Part shown: one piece after another, positions 1 through 14,199 of the stretch | Layout of the letters: every line of letters begins with the position of its first letter | Numbering within the stretch: position 1 is the stretch's first letter | The notes under the pieces: model-generated | What the model saw: only the letters and a program-made list of their open reading frames with translations | The model's database searches: none | What the model was told of the DNA's origin: nothing | Made by a program: the position numbers and the translations under genes | From: Phoronis australis | Taxonomy: Eukaryota; Animalia; Phoronida | Direction of reading: 5' to 3' | NCBI GenBank assembly: GCA_002633005.1 | Contig: NMRA01000120.1 | Location: 377,056-441,055 of the forward strand | DNA: 64,000 nucleotides

Positions 1-249
1 TTACTTGTTTGTATAGTCTATGCTATTTTCTCGTGTAAAAATGGAGACATGTTTGAAGTGCAAACTAACTTCTTGTACGCCTGATTTCAAAAACACATAA
101 AACATGACCAGAATCCGCCTAATTGATGTCGACGATGGTTTACAAATTTGTAGACTCTGTATAGATCAATAAATGTTTCTTTTCCCTGTATAGTTAAATG
201 TAATGAAATGGACTCATATCTACTTATTCGACACACAATTCTGCTATTG

Positions 250-715
250 TTCTCAGTCTCAACTCAAAGTTGTTGCCGTCAACACCTATCCCGTACTGCC
301 CGTTCTCCGAGAGTCGGGTCATCATATTGCTAGCATAAGCATTCTATAAATTTGGTACCCCGGGGGGGTAAGCCTAATAACCGCGGCTACTCATATGTTG
401 TGCATTAATGGAGTGATCGAGGTGTGTTTTTGTGAATCGCAGGATTTATTGCTTTTCATAAAACACAATGTACTGGATGGTACAAGTGTACGTTTGGGGA
501 TAGCCATAATGCACTTAGAAGTCTCCGGGTCTGTAGTTAGTGTGACGACGCTTTCGCTTTTGATCACATTTGCTCGAAGGCAACTAACCGATTTATCTCC
601 CTTGTTTATTTCCTTATGAGGTCACTCGAGGTGAGGAGATCGAGAGGATTTGTGGAGTCAGGCGAGTTGTTTCGGATGTCATTGCTTTTGGATTTTACGT
701 TTAGTTTTTGACAAG
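250..715 (+). promoter_or_regulatory. Candidate promoter / non-coding first exon of the nuclear receptor gene
   Basis: CpG-richer than the non-TE bulk of the window, TATAAA at 345-350, good donor AAG|GTATGT at 715/716. The link to the gene at 60 kb is inferred, not shown. Confidence 0.35.
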
Positions 716-2827
716 GTATGTGTATTTGTACATGTTGTAGACGCACTGCGTGGTTACATTTGAAATTCAGCAATCACTCACAGACAGTGAACATGATACG
801 TCGGTCGGGGGATTACATGTCGATCGCTGTTTTGCTTCAGAAGCGTCGCCGTTTCGCCCTGTTTTCTGCAAGGCTGAGTATAGGCTACTGTGGGTCTTTA
901 GGCTGATTGATGCTCCGATCAGTCATATGTCACCTGCGTTCTGAACTGACAGTTGGTCCATCAAGTATGCTTAGCATGGTGTCCCTGCTGTGTATTTGCT
1001 AACCGATCACCCGCGCTGGTGATAACTTTTGACATCAAAAACCATACTTCAGAAAGCCCAAAACGTTCAGACTTACATGTCAAAAATTTTTGTACGTTTT
1101 GATGTTCTTTGATCTAATGATCATGAAATTAAACAAAGTTCAGTCCTATTACCAATGACATTTACTTTGCCACATGTCAAAAATCGTCCATAGACAGCCA
1201 ATGATTGAAAGATCAGCTTAAACAGAGCTTGAATTTTTTTCCTGATTCTGGGAAATGGACTTAATTCGGAAGAAATTTCCTGTATGAGGGAAAATACTTG
1301 TTGATTGTGCTAGTAGGCCACAAACCAAATCAAATTCCCTTAGGTATTTATAGAAGTGTAAATAGTCATATATAGGTTATATTTTGCTTCTTTTTACCTT
1401 TCGTCGTCTGCCAACGTGTGCTCATAGAGTTGGCAAAAGCCGAAAATGAGATGCCAGAAACGATAAACTGGTACACCCAAGATTGCCTGAAGGGCCATGT
1501 TGTGCCCAATATCTCGCGCAGGTACACCTCTTAAGGCAAAAGCGGACAAACAGCATACGTTACCTGTGCATGACTCATGAACCGGCGCTTCCAATTTTTT
1601 GCTGCACGAATCCGACTTCCGTCTGTATAGTTCCCTGTATTATTTTCACTCTATACTCATATGTACATGCTGACTTACCGACAGCCTGGGATTTTTGCAA
1701 TACCAGGTTGCCAAACAATATCTAAAGTCACATGTAGACCCCTGTGCTGCGGAGAACCTTAGCCATTGTGCCCTCCAAGACTTGTTAGAGCTAACATCCT
1801 TCTGACACATTTGTGGTTTCAGCTGTGGAAAATAGTGGCTGTGCAGTTGTCAGTTTTGTCTTCTTCAGTTTTGCCATAATCAATTATAGTTGTCGTTTCC
1901 AAGCTATGGTTACATCTGGCCAATTTAGCACACAATATGGTAGACTGGTGAAATGCTATTTTCTCATTATTTCATAAATGACACTTAGTTCTAAAATAGT
2001 GTTTTGCCATATTCAAGTTCCATTTGTAGGTACCAACAGACGATATTTTTTAAGATGTGAGCATTCACAACAATGGTAAGAGCCATTGAAAAATGAAAAA
2101 ATGCAATTTGGCATTTATTTTTGCCTGAAATGGGTGAGATTTTATAGCATTTCCACCGTTATTGTTAATGATTCCTTTTTTCAAACAAAGAATGCACACA
2201 CTTGTCAATATAACCAAAATTACTAGCAGAACACCTGTAACACCTGTATTTATTACATAGACACACTGATTCATCTTCTCAGACAATATCAGATATGGTG
2301 GCCAGAGTTAAGTCAGCAACAAGTGTCTGATGATGGGGTATTGACCATCAAATTCTCGTCACTATCTTTCTTGGCCACGTGGAATGTTACGGTCATCGTT
2401 CTTCTTGACAAATCTTTGCATTTAACTGAATATCACCAAAACTATTGATATTAGCAGTGTGAAAGTAGTGAAGCCTGTTGACTTTATACCCCTCAGGTCA
2501 CTAATTGTGTCAGTAGAATTGAGCAAAGAGGAAAGGTACATTCATACCGAAACATTGGTCAAATTTCATTTGAAATATATGACGAAATATCCAAACACTG
2601 TTACAGTTTTTTGTTTTATACAGCTTCTGAGCTTTTAAAGAAAGTCATCAAACTCATGCTTATAACAGCCCCTCGTGAAAAAAAGGGACGTTTAAAAGCA
2701 ATTCATTTCACTTTTCTCATCTTCTATGTTACTTAGATGAGAAAGTGATTTCAGGGCATGACAAGAACTGACAGATTGAGCTTGAGACCGTGCTCAGTAT
2801 AAAATGACCTGGTGTGGCTTGCCCAAT

Positions 2828-4610
2828 AGCGGAGTTGCAACAGAATCGATTTATAATTTCGCATGTCCGGAAATTAGGGTGTGCAAAGGCTATTGGGATT
2901 GATTAACGTATGTGGAATGGCCGATTGGTTTGCACGACGTGTGATTTGTGTGTATTAAACGACCCTGCTGTATGTAATTCTGCCGCTATTCTCCCTACTA
3001 AGCGCCCATGCCCCAATAAGTGCCCCCACGCATTTTAAGACTTTGCTTAAGTAAGTGTTCAACCCATGAACTACATGCGCAAAATGCCTTACCTATAGTT
3101 CTAAGTAACGTCTCCAAGTTATCAATTGAAAGATCCGACAGTCCTGAATTTGTAGACCACGAGCCACACCGTTATGTCCGTATACACTTCCAACTTATGC
3201 CGTGATTAAAAAAAAACTCAACCAGTGTTAGCACGCAGCCAAGAACCGCGCTGCATAATGTACCGGCTGTCATCGAAGACATTTAGTCGGGAACTTATTG
3301 GGTAACATAGCATCGGCAAGAAATAAATATTGGCACTAATTTCCGAAAGTTTCTAATACCGTAAAAAATTTTTGCATTATTTTTAAGAGAAATTATTTAA
3401 CTAATCATAATTCTTGTTTTTAAAGTCAAAATGACCCACTGATAGTAAACACATTCGCACCCTTACACCCCAAATCTTCCGGAAAATAGCTGTTACACTA
3501 CAGTCACGCATCCACTCACCCGGCGACTCAATGAGTGACATATCGGTGTTACCGAAACAATTCTCGAACGTTTTTTAGCAGATGAGGCCAGCAAGTGCTA
3601 AATATTAAAACACGCTCTGCTTGATTGCTTGAGTTAATTTCTTTGGTTACAATGCACACCTAGATCATTACATTGCATTTACTCTGGCAAATGAGCTCTG
3701 ATGACAAGCACACGCACGGTTACTCTCACACACACGCATACAAACTTCCAAACAAATGTCACATGACAACAACATGTGTGTTGCTCCAAAGATTTTTCTC
3801 GTGTTGCAGGCTACAATCTAGCGCAGATTTGGACTTAATCTGCAGTTAATCCGGACTCCACAAGAACTTAAAAATCTTAGAGGTGCTATTTAGAAAACTT
3901 GAGGAGGATTTCAGGTAATTTGTTGAGTCTTATTCAAGAATTCAAGCCCCATCAATGATTGTGAGACCGGCAGCAACACATTTGTCGGCAAGATTTCGCC
4001 CTGGGATTTCAGCACAATTTTCTGAAAAATAACTGTTATTTAACAACGAATTTTGATAGCAATGCACCACAATTTTGTAGAAAGTGAATAATAATATTCT
4101 GGACTTTGTCTTAGCACGTTGATGCATAGTTTGTCGACAGAACAGGTGTTTGTGCAGAGGAGGCATTATCCTCAAAATTGCTCTCATGTTGGCTTGGTTC
4201 TGGTCAAGCGAAAACAATTTTTTTTACTACCCTCCCCCGCGGAGTATTTGTTACTGTTTCTTTCAAGGGAAATATTGTTAGTCAGTTTCCAAGATACGTT
4301 TTCTTGCTGCCCTCAAAATGAGCACTGCATACTTTATGTCACGAAGTCGGAAAGAATTCACTAAATCGACCTTTGCTACCAGCTCTACCGATGTTTCTGA
4401 CCCATTTTTTACGCAGTTCTTGGTCTTTGGGAAACAGGTAGTAACTAAATTCTTTATCTCGCTAACTGGTATTACAGGAGCCAGGCACGCAACACGTGTA
4501 ACCTCCCTGTGGTCAGTTCGCCCCCACGCTTGCCGACGTAATTGTTTACCGACTTAACCACAATGCAACATTCTGACCCATTTCCAATATGGCGGCGTTG
4601 CAACTCCGCT
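2828..4610. mobile_element. Non-autonomous TIR DNA transposon (family B; ISL2EU/Spy-like target AATT) with a nested family-A fragment
   Basis: Perfect 14-bp TIRs AGCGGAGTTGCAAC (2828-2841) / GTTGCAACTCCGCT (4597-4610), flanked by AT. Bases ~4240-4610 match 36503-36880 in reverse complement. Confidence 0.8.
2981..4085 (-). mobile_element. Family-A element, one end missing, nested in family B
   Basis: Colinear similarity to 43104-44440 and, in reverse complement, to 26620-27870. Degenerate terminus tgccgctattctccctactaagcgccc. Confidence 0.75.
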
Positions 4611-6803
4611 ATTATTCAACCTGGTCTCCAACATATTGTGCTCAGTATAAAATGACCTGGTGTGACCAGCCCAATTATTCAACCTGGTCTTCAGCAATGA
4701 CGAACTCCCAGTTGTTCCCAAGCCCTGAGATCCTCTAATCTTGATTTAGGGACAAGTTGAGGCTGGTTTTATAACAGGCCCCCATGAAAAGCAGCGAGAA
4801 CTGAAGTGCTACCCTCGTTGTATATATTACAATAATAAATATAAGATTACTAGTGATACAAATCAAAACTGTTGTTTTTTGGCCTCAGGTATGTTTATAG
4901 CACCTTTAAACTAGTTACTTCATGAAACATTTGATAAGAGTTCTTGGCAGCATAGAACTCTAGCCCAGGAATGCCAAATCCCACACTTGACCTATAAAGC
5001 TTGCAACCCCGAGACTAGCTGCGAGAAGTTGCATTGAGAATTTCGGGCTGCCAGCTCGACTGGGTTTTGAGCGATAGTTGTTATCAAATCAAGCCTAATT
5101 CCGTTGCTTCATTTTCATTTTGTTATTATTGTTCTTCAAGTGAGACTCTTGAGGTACGGTTCTATACAATCAGCGAAGTTAGTCAACACTAGTTATTCTT
5201 AATGAGCACCGACCTGTGGCCCTGTCTGGTTGCCGGGAGTTGTTTGGCCTCTGATATCTTTCCAGCGCCAGTGGCGGAACGACTTTCGACAACCTAACAT
5301 ACTACATGCCAAGAGTTTTCCAACAAGAAATTTTTGGGTATTAAAATCATGTTACAGTATTTTATTGAAAGAAGTTACATTTGGCCTAAATGAAAAGTTC
5401 AGGTTCTAAAAACTAGTGTGTTCACGTAACTTTCTAAAATTACTCATTATTGCTTAGCTAAGTGTGTGTGTGTGTATGTTTATATGAGTGCTCGTACGTG
5501 TGATCACTGTTTTCAATTGTTTCCGTAATAATTCAGTTGTGCAATTTTTACCTGCTGCCCAGATGCCTTTTTGTTAATTCGATTTCTGTGAAGTAGACCT
5601 ACTGTTATCTGTAGTATTTACCTATACTCGTAAAATCAAATTTTAAAAAATGAAAATTTTACCTTGTAACAGAACCCAATCCAGTACTTCAGGTTGCTGA
5701 CAGCATACAATGTATTTGTCAATTGCCCCACTCTTGGCAGACTGTCCCACTTTTTTAAATTTTTTTCCGCCATCCTGCCACACCATCTAAATGTCCTGCT
5801 TTTTGACACATGGCCAAATTGACATATTATACATTACTGTAATTTCTCATGCGACATAGCCATATTTTCCGGTTTCTTGGGTTTTTACGACATCCGCAAT
5901 GTCCCATTAAACTATAAAAACAACAAAAAATGCCGTTTGGCATTTTTGGATGTTGCAGTGATCATTCACTTTGGCTTAGACCCAGATATCCTGCTTTCTG
6001 CCCTGAAGTCCCGCTTTTCAATCCATTTTTTCGTTCTTGAATGTTGATCGTGACAGCTATGCAACATATTTCAAAATAACACCATCTCTTTTATCCTTGC
6101 ATAGATATTAGTAGATAGGGGTATCTATTGTTCACGTTTGTCCTTATAATAAAGACAGTGGTAAGCATTTATCAGTAACTGGCTGATGTGGGCCCAAGGT
6201 ACGATATGCATGCAACCTGTATTGTTTGTTACCATATATCCAACAAAGACCCAGCAAAGGAAAACAATGGTTGCATCCCGCAGGTGATAACCATGCGACA
6301 ACGCACTTACTTCCGTTGCCTGGATCTCGCAAGTTAAACAATAGCTTGCGAAATGTTTACAACATCATTTGGCATGGGTTATTTTCCAGAGTCCACTTGC
6401 TTTAGTAACATAACAATTGTAAAATATGTTCTGATGTCTTGTTTACGGTTACATATATCACATGTGCCAGGTTCACTAACTTTTACTTTTTGAAGAAAAT
6501 AGTTTATTTCTAAACTTTTATGGAAAGTCTTACACTGCAACCAATGTGGTGAGCTATCCACAGTACATTTCAAAGATACGTGATAGATGTTTGCCCATTT
6601 TTATTTGTCAGAAAACATTTCTGAAAGATTCGGATAAATACTTGGACTAGATAGTTTATTGCATTTTTTGGTGAATGTCACTGCATCCTGATTTTTTACT
6701 GAAGAATGTAATTCTATCAAACAGCACCGAAGGTATAAAGATGTATAATTTGGGATGAAAGTGTGAAGGATCGAATCCATTTTCTAAAACCTTTGCTTTT
6801 TTA

Positions 6804-7277
6804 GGCTCTTTCATATTGACTTAACTCTGGTCTGAGCGGAGCGTTTACGTAAACTGTGAAGTTAATTGAACCGTTCATACCGGCTTCTGTAGTTAATGAT
6901 AGTAAGTGACACTGTTGTCACTGATGTAATCGCAAGGTAGTGCTGATGCATCGCATTCACGCAAAGATTTTTTAATGTGACAATTTGGGATCATTTATGT
7001 GTACTAATTGACATAAATCTTATTTCTAATTGGTGATAATTCGAGCAAAATATAAGCAACTCTTAGTGACGACACTGTACTTTAATTGTTGAGGATGACA
7101 GTGGCCCCTGGAGATAACTTCGATGGGACTGAAGTTGACCAGTCATTCTGCACCGTAGTGTTGATGCTCTGCTGTTAAATTCACCTGTTTACTGTGAAGT
7201 TAACCGGTGCAGTTAACTTCGATTCAGGACCGCAACTCCCCAAAACATGGACTCGTCGAGGTTAGTATGAAAGGGCC
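6804..7277 (+). mobile_element. ~480-bp MITE (family D, PIF/Harbinger-like termini)
   Basis: Imperfect TIRs ggctctttcatattgac / gttagtatgaaagggcc. Homologous to 24555-25051, 23620-24126 and 39976-40325. Confidence 0.75.
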
Positions 7278-10200
7278 GTACAGAGTAGAAATCTTTTGAA
7301 TCATTGAAATTATTTCCCTAATAGCTTAACTAGTCATTTATATAACCTCTCTGGTTCATTTCCTTTTTTATATTACTATTACACGCTGTTTTTTTTCACA
7401 TTTTGGTAAGTTACACTCTTCTTGGTTTTAAGATTTAAAAAAATATTTTTAAACCACCCAGGTATGCGAAATGATAATTACTAATGACTTAAATTATATT
7501 ATGCAATTTGGTTGAAAAATGGGGGAGTTGCCAAGTTTTAATGACAGTAAATTCCTTAGCAAATACACACAGCGGAACAAATGAATCCAAACAATTTTCA
7601 TGCATGTCCGCGCAACCTCAACGGCTGCGAGATCAGAGTTTGCATTCAAGGTCTAGAGTTCTATGCTGACAGAGCTTACCGAGTTCGTGGCAACAGAGGT
7701 ATGATCCCTGTGCTTTGTTTTGGGCTTTTTTACCGTAGATTAAGGTCTTCTGCCCGGTCCCTACAAGGTAATCGTAGGATCTTCACAACAATTTTAGAAG
7801 TTGTTGAAAAGTCAAAAAAGTGCAATTTTTGCATATTATTTGTTTCCGAAGTCGGTGGCATTTTACTTTTAGAAACGTGTGTTGATAAAAATTTAAATCT
7901 CAAGGCGGTTCGTTGCTACGCTGTACTTTAGTTGTGATTGCATGAAGTTCCATAACAGATGTCTAGATATGTTTCATAGTGTTCTCTACAACTCATGTCG
8001 AAAGCATCAATGCCATCAAAGGTGCCAGATTGCATCGGGGTTGCACTACCTCTAAGTGAATATTTTTCCTTGTTAACTGATATACGCGGTAATACAAAAA
8101 GACATTGTTAAGGACTTTTTCTATGCTAGTCGCTATTTTTTTCAAACAGGTCACAGGTCAAATGTGTCGCACCAACACACAGGTCGTAACAGCGATGATT
8201 GAAACAGTATTATCAGCATTTAATTTATGGTGCAAAGGGCAGGCTAGGATATAATCCTGTGGCTAGTCTTCTGATTTCACCATTGTTACTGGCAGAGAAC
8301 AAATTTGGTAAAAGTTCTATAGTTCGGTACAGTGAGAATTCTTTTATGTTGCTCAAAGTCAGAAGTTGTTCCAAATTTTAGAAATAAGCAGTTGTGGTTG
8401 TCACGTTTCCAGAAATTTCTAGAAAGACGAATTTTGGGTATACTCAACTCAGTTGTTGTTGGTACAAAATGCGATGTCCGATGTTTTTGAAATATGATGA
8501 ATGCCAATATTGCCCATGTCCCTATCTTTGTAATCTTCTTAAAAATTCAGTTTTGGCTTGAAATTTCAATGTCTCAAATTTTAGAAACTGTCCCAAACCA
8601 GAATGTTTTGCCCTATTTGAAGGTGATTACTAATGTGGACTATCCTATGTGTGCCTTAAGACTGCTTTGCTTGTGTTAAAAGTTTATTTGTTCTTTAAAA
8701 TGTGTCAAGTCATTACAAAAAGGTGCTTCTCATCTTGGTCCATGTGCCTGTCTTCAGAAATGTGGATTGATTTACCACTTTCTGGTTCAGATGAGGGGCG
8801 GGGCTGTAATCTTTGTACTGGCTATCCAACTCAAAATTAATTTTTGGCATTTTCCTTTTCATTGTTTTGCAAGCTCAAGATAAGTGTTGAGTACNGCCTC
8901 CTAAAACGTCACTTCCGGAAAAGCGGACGAGTAATTAATAAAATTACGAAAAGCTGTAATTAAGTGAAAAATATGTCTAGGATAACCAACCAACCTTATT
9001 TTAGCTCAAAATGACATGGAAAAAGGTTGCCTTCGCCTTTAAGTAAAAACTGAAGATGTCAAATAAAAACTCAAATTTATCAGGTCATTAAGTGCAAACT
9101 AGGATTAGACATTTATCCATGTAAGCTGTTTTGTACTTGAGCTTAGAATAATAGACACTTAAGGATCTTGAGTTTGCTCAAAAGTAGAATAAAGTTATCT
9201 TTGATCTTGAGTAAAAGGATATACCCTTGGCCCCAGAGTCTTATCTTGACAGGGCCTGCAGATGTCTTTTGTATTTTGTATTCATTCTTTTTTCAACTGT
9301 TTAGTGAATTTCAAAGTGAAATCTGGTCAGTCAACATCTATTATAATAGACTACTGGACCCTCTGTCAGTTTATCTGTTCAGCATGATGTTTGGACAACA
9401 GGAGTGAAAGCTGATAATTGTTTGGGCAATGGGGTGATCTCCCACAGAAGGGGCTAGAAAGTGCCTCTTTCCATCTTGGTTAACATTGTGTTTTTTGAGA
9501 CATTGCCTAGGGCTGTGTTTTGTTTGATGAGCAATTCAAAGGTGTTTTGTTAGTGCTGTTCTCATGTATTTTGAAGTCGTAGAAATATTTCATGAAAAAT
9601 ACACAGGAATAATTCTGCAAATAGTCAGAGGATGGATATTATCATTCATCCAGATGAATAAATTGATGCAAAAATTATAATTCCCAACTTCTGGACTATC
9701 AAACAAAATTCCTGACTCGTGGTCCCAGGGCCTTACAGATGTTGTTGATGAGCACAGGCAGAGGACGACAGGAGCCAGATAATCATCAATTCCCAGTAGA
9801 AGGAGCCAGGCGGCCCTGCAGTGTTGGGAAGTTTGTTGTATCTATTGAGTACAGTACTTGCGAGTTATAATTTTTTGCATCTACAAGTAGCCGTGTCCCC
9901 AAAGGGTTGCCCCTATTGGCTGACACGGACAGTACACTACTCTTTTGTGAATGACCAGTCAATGCATGCAGTATATTTCCATTTGCTAGTACCAGTGGTT
10001 TTATGATGCCAATTATGATTGAATCAACTAAGAAGGTAGGTCATAAATAACCCCCCTCTCCTGTTAGCTTTTGCACAATGATGACTACCCCCATAGAAAG
10101 TTGTGCTGTTAATATGTGAACATTATCGATTATGATCTTCCTGGAAGTAAAGGGATAGGTGTGATTTATGTGTGGATATTATGAACTCTTCCTGAGAATT

Positions 10201-11109
10201 TTGCATGGTCAGGCTTTGTATTTTTCCCTCTGTAGTATCGTCTAAGGTGGTTATCTTCTCTAGGGCCTGTGACCATCAAACACTTCACACAGACTGCAAC
10301 GTAGACCAATATGCTCCATATGTAGGACATTTTATTTGAAGCTTTAGCTCAGAATTTGATACCTTTATTACACTCATGGAGTGTATTTGATGAAAGTGCA
10401 TTTAGTAATACTGTATGATTGAATAAAATTCCCTGCACTTTTTGTTAAAAAAATCTGCATACAACAGCAATCTTTTTCATACCTCCTTTACTGAAAACTT
10501 TGAAGATTGGACTGCAGATGGTGCTCAGGTTTCAAAATACACTTAAAGTTTGTTTTTCTTGTTGTGTCACACCAAATTTTGAAGGGAGGTTTGGGTAAAG
10601 TTTGATGGTTGCCATTTCTCGTGCAGTAATTGGGACTTTTACTCTTATAAAATCGTTTTAGTGACATTCCTTACTGTAGTCGGATTCCATTTCCATCAAG
10701 AACATCAGGGACTCCAGGGAATGCTTCAGAGTTTGATACGAAAATGACACTTTTACGCATTGCCTGTGAGCTGAACTGTCGGCTCATTCGGCAATAATCC
10801 AACATTGGTTCAACATGGTAATGCTTTTAAACCCCAAAGCATTTCGGTTATGAATTCAAAAATTCACTGCTGAAAAAGGGCAACATGCAGTTTTTTGGGT
10901 CTTAAGAGAATATTTTCCCTCGTCAGTATAATCTTGGCGGCATATTTTCCCTTTCAGTTATCAATACTGGAGGGTATTTAGTCCTAGCGATATTACCTCA
11001 GATGGGTAAGCAAATGTTTTTCGTGTCGTAAACCTTAGGTATATGGAAGGAGAAAATAGAGGTGATTTTGGGACATTAGTGAATGTCTTGGTAGAGTTTC
11101 TCCTCAATA

Positions 11110-11793
11110 GGCCTGTTCACGCGTTACTGTTTTGTGGAAATTTTTTGCGCAATATTTTGTGGAATCGGAATTGTGGAAAAAATTATAGTGCGAACGCAAA
11201 AATACCGAAATCCCAGTTTCATCAAATTTTTCAGAATTTATTGCGGAGAATGCTACAGACACTGTGACAGTTGTTTTCCTCAAGCTTGATGATTAATTAC
11301 GTGTCACATACTCGACACAAACCGAAAGATTGGCGACACGTATAGCACTGCGCATGGCACAAGCCTTCCAGCTTTATTTCCAAAAAGTCCCAACATCTCT
11401 GTTGTATCGCTATAAAAATTTGGTTTATCTAAACTTGTGGTCTGGTGCAGAGACTGAGTTACCCATTGGCTTGTGGTGGGAAGCCTTAGTGGATGGCCAG
11501 CTGTCTGGGACAAAGAAGGATGGACTGGCTTTTGTTAGAATCAGGAATGAACTTGAGTCTTGAGGTATCTAGGCAAAATTCAGTTCTGTTCAATCAGTTG
11601 ACGAGTCACGAGACCTTGTAAATAGCTGTCGGAGGCATACAGTTTTCCTTCCGTTGGTGTTTTCAGTTGCTAGAGTAAGATAGAAATTGCGGAATTGACA
11701 AGAGTCACCTGAACACTCGCGGATTGTGGAAATTTTGGAGGAATGGAAAATTGCACATTTTTTTCTCAAAGCTTTTTCTCGAGTGAACGGGCC
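11110..11793. mobile_element. MITE with Harbinger-like TIRs
   Basis: ggcctgttcac ... gtgaacgggcc termini in an A/T context; internal gcggaa/gtggaa repeats. Confidence 0.55.
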
Positions 11794-12149
11794 TAACATT
11801 GGTATTCTTTCCAATTTACCCATTTCCATTTAGACTTTGGCTCAGCTCTGGGTTTTCAATGTGCTGTGGCATCTATGGGTTGTGTACCATAAGGAACATT
11901 AGTCATTCTCAGTAAATAGTAAAACTTGTTTTTATACTTGCACTAACTCGCGCTTTCTTTTGTTGTTATTTTCACAGCTAAACACCATTCAAATTTATTC
12001 ACTAACATGTGCCAATATATAAGGTTCGGCATTTCGATCGCTTGTTGAATTCCGTAAGGAGATACCCGTACTGAGAGATATTTGTGTTGTTCTTCCTGGT
12101 AGCACCACTGTGCTCGGCTTCTGCCATTGTGTTCTGATCCTTCTAGCTT

Positions 12150-12275
12150 GGAACCTGGCTTGGGCTTGTTCATCTTGTTTATCATCATTTATGGGTCACA
12201 CCTTGCAACTAAAATAGACAGTTGGAGTGGGTGTTTAATTGATGTGCATACTGGTGATGGCAACATCTCCTGCTG
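12150..12275 (+). pseudogene. Possible highly decayed LINE (CR1/L2-type) reverse transcriptase fragment
   Basis: Translation LGLFILFII...LIDVHTGDGNIS loosely resembles the RT motif LGPLLFILFIND...YADD. Weak similarity only. Confidence 0.3.
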
Positions 12276-13952
12276 TGCCTTCTGTGTAATGTATANATTC
12301 CATGGGTTGTTCATGAATGTGCTCTCAACTTGGGTAGGAGTCTGTGTCATGTGGGAATACTTCTACACAGCGCAGATTATAATAAGGCGCATAACAAATA
12401 CTTAACCTCTTTTTGAGGCTTTCAAATTTTGGAACATCAAATCTCACAAATGGCTGTTTGAATTAAATGTACCATGTCAGGAAATGCTCCTCTTTTTCAT
12501 GAGGGTTATCAATTTGGGGATTTTATGAATAAACTCTAAAGTTCCGTGAAATGAAAACAAAAAGATAGTTTGACAAAGCGGTCAATGCTCCTGAGATTTC
12601 ATTTGAACTTTTATATCAAAAGAAATTTTTTCATATTATTGATGACCTTGCTTTGCTTTGAATTTACCTTTCCCTTTTCCTTAACTTAATTGAAAAGATG
12701 TGGTCTCCTGACCAAATTAATGCCAGGTTGGTATAAAGTCTGAAATCATATTCTACACACTTTCTACTTTCAGAAACTGCATATCTTTCAGAACATCTTT
12801 AATTATGGTACAAGAACAAATATAAAAATGTACACATGACATCTGTTCATTCACACTTTCACAGGCAACAAGATTGTCTCTCTTGCAAAATATATTGAAC
12901 TCGTGAATACAATAAAAATTCTCACGCGCAAGGTTTTTATACATGATGCATTTTTCAGCCACATAATTCTGCTGAATATAACAGTGGACTAGGACAAGGA
13001 AACATCCATTCTCCCGAGCTGTGATTTTGCATCCACAAAAAGCCCCCAGGGGATTCTTTCAGGGAAAAAGTAATGGGGCTCTTGATTACCACAGGTTACA
13101 TTCAGCATTGATCTTTGAAAGAGCTGTAAGGGGGAGTAAGTAACTGTCCTTTAGTGGTGGTGGAGTGCGCGGCTGTGATTTGTTACCAAGATTTTAGCTT
13201 TGGTTGGCTTGAAATACCAGCTAGGTTTCACTTTCCATTTTAGCTACTGTTAAAGTAATACGACTGTGTCTTTGTTGTCACTGATAACCTTGAAATGTTT
13301 CAACGGTCCTTTTTAGGACCAAAAATAATGACATTTTGCCACATTTTCCATACCTGTGTCCCTTGTCAGTAATGCAAAACGATCCCGAAGTAGCCCTATG
13401 AGGGCTTTTTGTCGGTGGGGTCTCTTTTGCAAATCACCAGTAGGCACACTTTTATTGTATCTCCCTTGAAATGTACTGTTTAAATAGCTGCAGTAAACTG
13501 TATTGAAAATCTTTGCTTCCTTAAGTTAAAAATGACGAGTTTGTAAGAAAATAATTGGTGATTTGAAGTAGTCTTCTGAACGAAACTGGTGATTGTCATA
13601 CAGATGTGACAGTATTTCAAAAACAAATTGGTATTACAAGCCTGAATATTTCGAAAGCAGTCATGTACCTTGTTCCAGTCAAATTGTATCTGAGTGTGAA
13701 CTCTATTTCCGATTTACACTCAGACTTGCAGGTTTTCTTGATATCCTTAAAAACTTTTACGGAGTCGAATTCTGTAGTTTGTAGATATTTTGCTAACTTG
13801 CCATTAACCATAAATGCTATCGACACTATGAGTTACCCTAGACAAGTTACTCTTAGACCCCAAGTTGTCACAAGTTAAGTAGTAGGGATGATATTTGCAC
13901 TGGGGCACTTGACATCCGTGCGACTCTTACCCCACCTTATAAAGGAAGGCTT

Positions 13953-14199
13953 TAGGTAAAATCTCACCAATTTAAGACTGTATATGGCAGACAGCTGAAA
14001 TTTTAATTGCCATTTGTGTTACGTTAGATATATAGCACCATAGCAAAGCTTTACCGGGTTCAAGTTTTGTACGATATCTACCATCACACAAAATTTTGAA
14101 GACGTCTGGCACTCACAACAATGTGAGAAGCCCATGAAAAATGAGAATACGGCAAATTTGGCAATTATTTTTGTCCGAAATTAGTGAGATTTCACGGTA
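13953..14199. mobile_element. ~240-bp MITE (family C), representative copy
   Basis: Termini gtaaaatctcaccaatt / aattagtgagatttcacggta with internal atatggcagacag. Related copies or ends near 16620-16840, 49271-49511, 53900-54125, 54950-55150, 56840-56885 and 59870-59915. Confidence 0.65.

Noticed and set aside
4318-4557. Similar ORFs at 4318-4557 and 36449-36863 as a conserved small gene
   Set aside because: The similarity reflects two copies of the family-B element; no transposase or other motif was recognised.
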